Source of the DNA: Eledone cirrhosa
Taxonomy: Eukaryota
Length of the DNA stretch: 64,000 bases
Reading direction: 5' to 3'
Assembly (NCBI GenBank): GCA_964016885.1
Contig: CAXHJY010000636.1
Location: 1 to 64,000 of the forward strand
Both the position numbers and the translations under genes were made by a program. Shown piece after piece: positions 56,813 through 64,000 of the stretch. The notes under the pieces were generated by a model, which saw only the letters and a list, made by a program, of their open reading frames with translations, made no database searches and had not been told where the DNA came from. The stretch's first letter is position 1; every line of letters begins with the position of its first letter.

Positions 56813-57368
56813 CGTATATATATATATACACACAAACATATGACTAGATAAATATGTGTGAACGTGTGTATATTATTATACATCATAAGGGTGTATTTTT
56901 GAATATATATACAGGTCTGTTAAAAAAAAGCCGGAAGGAATGTATATATGTCTATATAGGTTGTGTTATTTTAAGGGCAGCAGCTTTAGAAACATACAGG
57001 ACCGGAGCTTACATTAAGGTAAACCTGGGCGCGAACTTCAGAGAAGTGTGTTGTGTTGCATGCATGCATGTTCGCGCAACACCTGATGAAGTCGTAATGG
57101 AGCTGTGATTTACATACAGCGTCTTCCAGGGCATTTATTAAAACCTCGCGAAACCCATCTATGTCCTTTCCATGTCCGAACACTGGAGATTCCTTCCACA
57201 GAAGGATAGATCTCACGAGGGAGTGTAGTGGCACCTTGTTTAACATACAGGGTTTTTCCGGGGCTTTTATTTAAACCTAGTGGAGTCCATCTATTTGATC
57301 TCTCTGTCTAAACACTGCAGATTTCTACCAGAAAAGGGTAGATAGTGAGAGAATGGATACGTGTGTGT

Positions 57369-57420
<52 letters not shown>

Positions 57421-57521
57421 ATTTACCCCAGGTTTAAACCTGGTGGAGCCCATCTATCTTTTCTGTGTGTCTATATATATATATGTATATATATATACAT
57501 ATGTATATATATATATATATG

Positions 57522-57592
<71 letters not shown>

Positions 57593-57610
57593 GTATATAT
57601 ATATACATAT

Positions 57611-57729
<119 letters not shown>

Positions 57730-57730
57730 C

Positions 57731-57763
<33 letters not shown>

Positions 57764-57776
57764 CATATATATATAC

Positions 57777-57807
<31 letters not shown>

Positions 57808-57892
57808 CATATACATATATATATATACATATATATACATATATATATATACATATACATATATATATATACATATATAAATATATATATAC

Positions 57893-57939
<47 letters not shown>

Positions 57940-57956
57940 CATATACATATATATAC

Positions 57957-57988
<32 letters not shown>

Positions 57989-58006
57989 ACATATATATAT
58001 ATATAT

Positions 58007-58046
<40 letters not shown>

Positions 58047-58167
58047 TCAGCTTTATACACCCAGCCCCAACACACAGCCACCCTCCCCACCAGCCACAGT
58101 TTGCTGTGAAGCAAATAAACCTGGAAGGTAGATTCAGGAAGATGAAAGGAAAAAAAGGTGAGCAAAT

Positions 58168-59218
58168 GGCGGCGGCGGCGGTGGTGGTGGTAGTGGTGGT
58201 GGCGGTGGTGGTGGTGGTAGTGGTGGTGGTGGTGGAGGTAGTGGTGGTGGTAGTGGTGGTAGTGGTAGTGATAGTGGTGGTGGTGGTGGTGGTGGTGGTG
58301 GTGGTGGTATTGGTGGTGGTGGTGGTGGAGGTAGTGGTGGTGGTAGTGGTGGTAGTGGTAGTGATAGTGGTGGTGGTGGTGGTAGTATTGGTGATAGTGG
58401 TGGTGGTGGTGGTGGTAGTGGTAGTGATAGTGGTGGTGGTGGTGGTGGTAGTGGTAGTGATAGTGGTGGTGTTGGTGGTGGTGGTGGTGTTGGTGGTGGT
58501 GATGATGTTGGTGGTGGTAGTGGTGGTAGTAGTAGTGATGGTGGTGGTGGTGGTGGTAGTGGTGATAGTGGTGGTGGTGGTGGTGGTATTGGTGGTGGTC
58601 GTGGTGATGGTAATAGTGGTAGTAGTGTTGGTGGTGTTGGTGGTGGTGGTGGTGTTGGTGGTGGTGGTGGTGTTGGTGGTGGTGATAGTGGTGATGATGT
58701 TGGTGGTGGTAGTGGTGGTGGTGGTGGTGATAGTAGTAGCGATGGTGGTGGTGGTAGTAGTGATGGTGGTGGTAGTAGTAGTGATGGTGGTGGTGGTAGT
58801 AGTGATGGTGGTGGTAGTAGTAGTGATGGTGGTGGTGGTGCTCGTGGTGGTGGTGGTGATGGTGATAGTGGTAATAGTGTTGGTGGTGTTGGTGGTAGTA
58901 GTGTTGGTGGTGTTGGTGGTGGTGATAGTGGAGATGATGGTGGTGGTGGTAGTAGTAGTAGTGGTGGTGGTGGTGGTAGTAGTGTTCGTTGTGGTGGATG
59001 TAGTGGTGTTGGTGGTGGTGCTCGTGGTGGTAGTGGTGGGATAGCGATGTTGTGGTTGAGGTGGTAATGGTGGTGGTGGTGGTGGTGGCAGTAATGGTGA
59101 TGAAGGGGGCCAGGGTGGAGAGGCGGTGGGTGATGCACACAGGAAACCACGTGATGACAGGATGATGAAGGCTGGCTGTGTTATCTCTGCCCCTGCATCT
59201 ACATTTTTTTACTGGTGC

Positions 59219-59270
<52 letters not shown>

Positions 59271-59307
59271 GCAGTTGTTGTTGTTGGTGGTGGTGATGGT
59301 GTTGTTG

Positions 59308-59339
<32 letters not shown>

Positions 59340-59785
59340 GGTGGTGGTGGTGGTGATGTGGTGTTGTTGTTGCAGTTTTTGTTGTTGTTGTTGGTGTTGT
59401 TAGTGTTGTTGTTGTTGCAGTTGTTGTTGTTGTTGCAGTTGTTGTTGTTGTTGTTGTTGGTGGTGTTGTTGTTGCTGTTGTTGTTGGTGGTGGTGGTGGT
59501 GTTGTTAGTGTTGTTGTTGTTGCAGTTGTTGTTGTTGTTGTTGGTGGTGGTGTTGTTGTTGCTGTTGTTGTTGGTGGTGGTGGTGGTGGTGTTGTTGTTG
59601 ATGTTAGTGTTGGTGATGTTGGTGATGTGGTGTTGTTAGGGTTGCTGTTGTTGGTCTTGTCGGTGTTGTTAGTGTTGGTGTTGTTGTTAGTGGTGTTGTT
59701 GGTGGTGGTGGTGTTACTGGTGGTCGTGTTGTTATTGTTGTCGTTGGTGTTGTAGTTAGTGGTGGTGTTGGTATAGTTGTTGTTA
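58168..59785. repeat. (GGT/AGT)n and (GTT)n tracts
   Basis: Direct reading. Confidence 0.9.
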
Positions 59786-59822
59786 GAGGGCACTCAGTAG
59801 AAAGTGAGTTCCAACATTGATT

Positions 59823-59932
59823 GGGGAGTTAATCCTGCGATAGACCGTCGTCTTATCCAGGGGGAAGTCTTGTACTCTCAGTCACTTAATACCAAGGAAA
59901 CCTCGGATAAGCACCAACCTGATGAGCCTTTA
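59823..59932 (+). mobile_element. V-SINE-like central domain fragment
   Basis: cctgcgatagac..tccaggggg..gaaacctcggataagc..cctgatgagcc resembles the V-domain of metazoan SINEs (from memory). Confidence 0.5.
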
Positions 59933-59947
59933 CTTAAGAACAGATGT

Positions 59948-59996
<49 letters not shown>

Positions 59997-60070
59997 TCTT
60001 TTACTCTTTTACCTGTTCCAGCCATCCGGCTGAGGCTATGCTGGGGCACCGCCCTTATATATATATATAT

Positions 60071-60262
60071 AGGAAAAAGTATGACCCCGACGGCAGAGCT
60101 CAAGCCGTTTCGACGGCTATTTCTGGACTGAAATAGCCGTCGAAACGGCTTAAGCTCTGCCGCCGGGGTCATACTTTTTCCTATTACCCACTCTACTACC
60201 CTAAGTATTGAGTACTCTGCTGCGTTATGGTCCATTTGGTTCCTTACCACACTGTCTTCGTT
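60071..60262. mobile_element. Family E palindromic element
   Basis: Inverted repeat 60071-60182 centred on ctatttctggactgaaatag. Confidence 0.8.
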
Positions 60263-60285
60263 ATATATAAAACTGATCTATATTA

Positions 60286-60350
60286 AATTTTATCTGATGA
60301 AAGCGCACCATAATTTGCTTTGGTGTCCTTGAAATATGTATAATGAAATA
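60286..60350 (+). ncRNA. Type I hammerhead, family A
   Basis: AUUUUAU-CUGAUGA-AAGCGCACCA..UGGUGUCCUU-GAAA-UAUGUAUA^AUGAAAU. Confidence 0.8.
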
Positions 60351-60484
60351 AATATGGTTTTATAAATGTAGTTTCCATTTGTTAATATATTGCATTTTTA
60401 CTCCAAAAATTTGTTGTTGAGTGCTTTATTATCAGTTATAAAAATATTTGCTTGTTGTATCCCAACAATTTAAATATAACCTCT

Positions 60485-60545
<61 letters not shown>

Positions 60546-60548
<3 letters not shown>

Positions 60549-60843
60549 TTCTACTATTGACACAAGGCCAGCAATTACCCCATTGTATTACTGGTACTTT
60601 ATTATTTTATCGACCCCGTAAGGATGAGATGAAAGGCAAAGTTAACCTCGGTGGGATTTGAACTACGACAGCAAAGGGCCGTAACTCAATGCTGCAAAGT
60701 ATAGCGTCTGACCTTCTACCGATAATGAAAGCAGTAAATTATTTTACTCTGTTGACTTTGCCTTTCATCCTTACGGGGTCGATAAAATAAAGTACCAGTA
60801 ATGCACTGGGTAATTGCTGGCCTTGTGCCTAAAGTAGAAACAA
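60546..60843. mobile_element. Inverted pair of SINE copies (60546-60723 minus, 60750-60843 plus)
   Basis: The second copy is the reverse complement of the first copy's central domain and tail. Confidence 0.85.
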
Positions 60844-60936
60844 GTAAATTATTTTACTCTGTACTAATAATAATTATTTGCTACATACATATATATTGAA
60901 GCTCTCTTCGAATTTCCGTCTTTGTATTTATCATTA

Positions 60937-61015
<79 letters not shown>

Positions 61016-61127
61016 TGTGTGTGTGTTTGTTTGTTTGTTTGTTTGGTTGTGTGTGTGTGTACGTACATATATTTATGCATATATATATACATCTAAATAT
61101 GCTGCTTGAGATAAACCAGCGCATTAT

Positions 61128-61195
<68 letters not shown>

Positions 61196-61253
61196 GTATA
61201 TATATATATATATGTATATATGTATATATATATTATATATATACATAAATGTA

Positions 61254-61321
<68 letters not shown>

Positions 61322-61633
61322 CGTATGTTGCGTATAAATCTAAGTATATACAGCAACAAGTGTTTACTTCAATGGGGAAGTCTGCAATATGTCATAATTC
61401 AGAGCTGTATATATATATATATATATACATACATACATACATACATACATACATACATACATACATACACATATATATATATATTTCGTACTTATACAAG
61501 ATGGCGGAGCATTAATCTTTCGCCTTTTGACTTTTTAGAGATTTTCACGTCGAAATGTCTGCCACGGGCCACCATGGGATATAGAGCTCGTAAATCAATC
61601 ATTGAGGCAGCAAAATAGCAATAAAAATGTATA

Positions 61634-61794
<161 letters not shown>

Positions 61795-61905
61795 ATATAT
61801 ATACATAATCTATACGTGTACATATACAATTATGTGTGTGTATATATATATAGAGAGAGAGATATATAGATATATATACAAACACATAAACACAGACATG
61901 TACAG

Positions 61906-61952
<47 letters not shown>

Positions 61953-62270
61953 CGCATATACATAATACAAACATAGGCACATATATATATTTACATACAC
62001 ACACACATATGCATATATACGTACACACATACACATAGATACGTATATACATACAGACATACATATATATGCATACATGCATATACATCCACACATCCAT
62101 ACTTACACACATACACATCCATACATATATACATACATACGCACGTACACATATACATCCATTACATATATACATAAAGTACATACACACACACACATAC
62201 ATATATACATACATTCACACATACATATATATATACATACATACACACATAGGTAAAGAGCCCGACACAT

Positions 62271-62303
<33 letters not shown>

Positions 62304-62684
62304 CATATATAAACATATACTTACATACACACATAGGTAAAGAGCTCGACATATATATATATATATACATACATACATATATTTATATATATATATATAC
62401 ACATACATACATATATATATATATACACACACACACACATATACATATATATATTTATATACATATACAAACATATACATACATACACACATAGGTAAAG
62501 AGCAGGACATAAATATATATATACATACATATATATATATATACACACATACATACATATATATACACACACACATACACAAACACACACACATATATAT
62601 ATATACATATACATACATACACATATAGGTAAAGAGCAGGACATAAATATATATATATATACATACACACACATACATACACAT

Positions 62685-62834
<150 letters not shown>

Positions 62835-62994
62835 GAATAATTCAACATATAACAAGGCAAAATGTGATAATTAAGACAACCATAAAAACCACATAGAATC
62901 ATAAAGATATCATTTTATGCCTGTTTGTGTAAAGCGGATTACATGATACGATGTGTATATAAATAGTCTGCCATATTAATATATATTACATGCA

Positions 62995-63068
<74 letters not shown>

Positions 63069-63184
63069 CACACATATTGCGTCGTCAAGTATGAAATTTG
63101 TAGATCTTTGTAGAAAAAACAACACATTTCTACAAATTTAGATACTTGACGACCCAACAAATAAATACATATATACATATATAC

Positions 63185-63218
<34 letters not shown>

Positions 63219-63268
63219 ACATACATACATATATATACATACATACATATATATATACATACATATAC

Positions 63269-63301
<33 letters not shown>

Positions 63302-63571
63302 CATACATACATATATACATATATACATACACATAGATATATGCATATATGATATGATGAGTGTATAAATAGTCTCTCGTATTAATATATATTACACACA
63401 CACATACATACATATATACATATATATATACATATATACATATATATATTGGGTCGACAAGTATGAAATTTGTAGGAATTTCCTTTTTCTCTTGAAATTT
63501 CTACAAATTGACGACCTAATTTCTACTTGACGACCTAATACATACAGACATATACACACATCATATGTATG

Positions 63572-63651
<80 letters not shown>

Positions 63652-63743
63652 CATATATATATGTAGATATATATGCGTGTTTTTGTGTGTGTGTATACAA
63701 CCACGCTGAACAACACCGGGTTATTAAAAATTAACAAAGATTG

Positions 63744-63828
<85 letters not shown>

Positions 63829-64000
63829 TGCGTCCGTGTGTGTGTGTGCGTGCGTGCGTGTGTGTCATGAGGTCAGAGTCAGCACCCGAAACACATCAAA
63901 ACAAACATCCCCATACTGTATAATACATACTAGGCCAGGCTCGACGTCTCTGGCCTCTGGCCTTCATCTCTATAACATAACCTTTCTTTTGAATTCTCAT

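Noticed and set aside
59900-59932. GAAAC..CUGAUGAG as a type III hammerhead
   Set aside because: No downstream stem II-GAAA; better explained as part of a V-SINE-like domain.

Overview
Repeat-saturated eukaryotic non-coding DNA; the SINE families and microsatellite load suggest an octopod cephalopod (inference). No host protein-coding gene can be supported. Almost all long ORFs are read-throughs of (TA)n/(CA)n/(GGT)n/(GTT)n microsatellites or of tandem arrays. Recognisable content: about 10 copies of a tRNA-derived SINE, a 7.7-kb 45-bp satellite (about 172 units) grown from the 5' end of one SINE copy, several other tandem arrays (169, 129, 85, 70, 45, about 30 bp), and a 3' fragment of a CR1-group LINE. 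The main hidden signal is in the short unique islands between (TA)n tracts. By eye I find about 26 type-I hammerhead ribozyme (HHR) motifs from more than 10 sequence families, of the kind associated with Penelope-like element termini and retrozymes. Many sit in divergent fold-back (inverted) pairs. One family carries a compensatory U3-A8 core. One family survives only as a palindrome centred on its own stem II. All folds were assigned manually and cleavage activity is untested.
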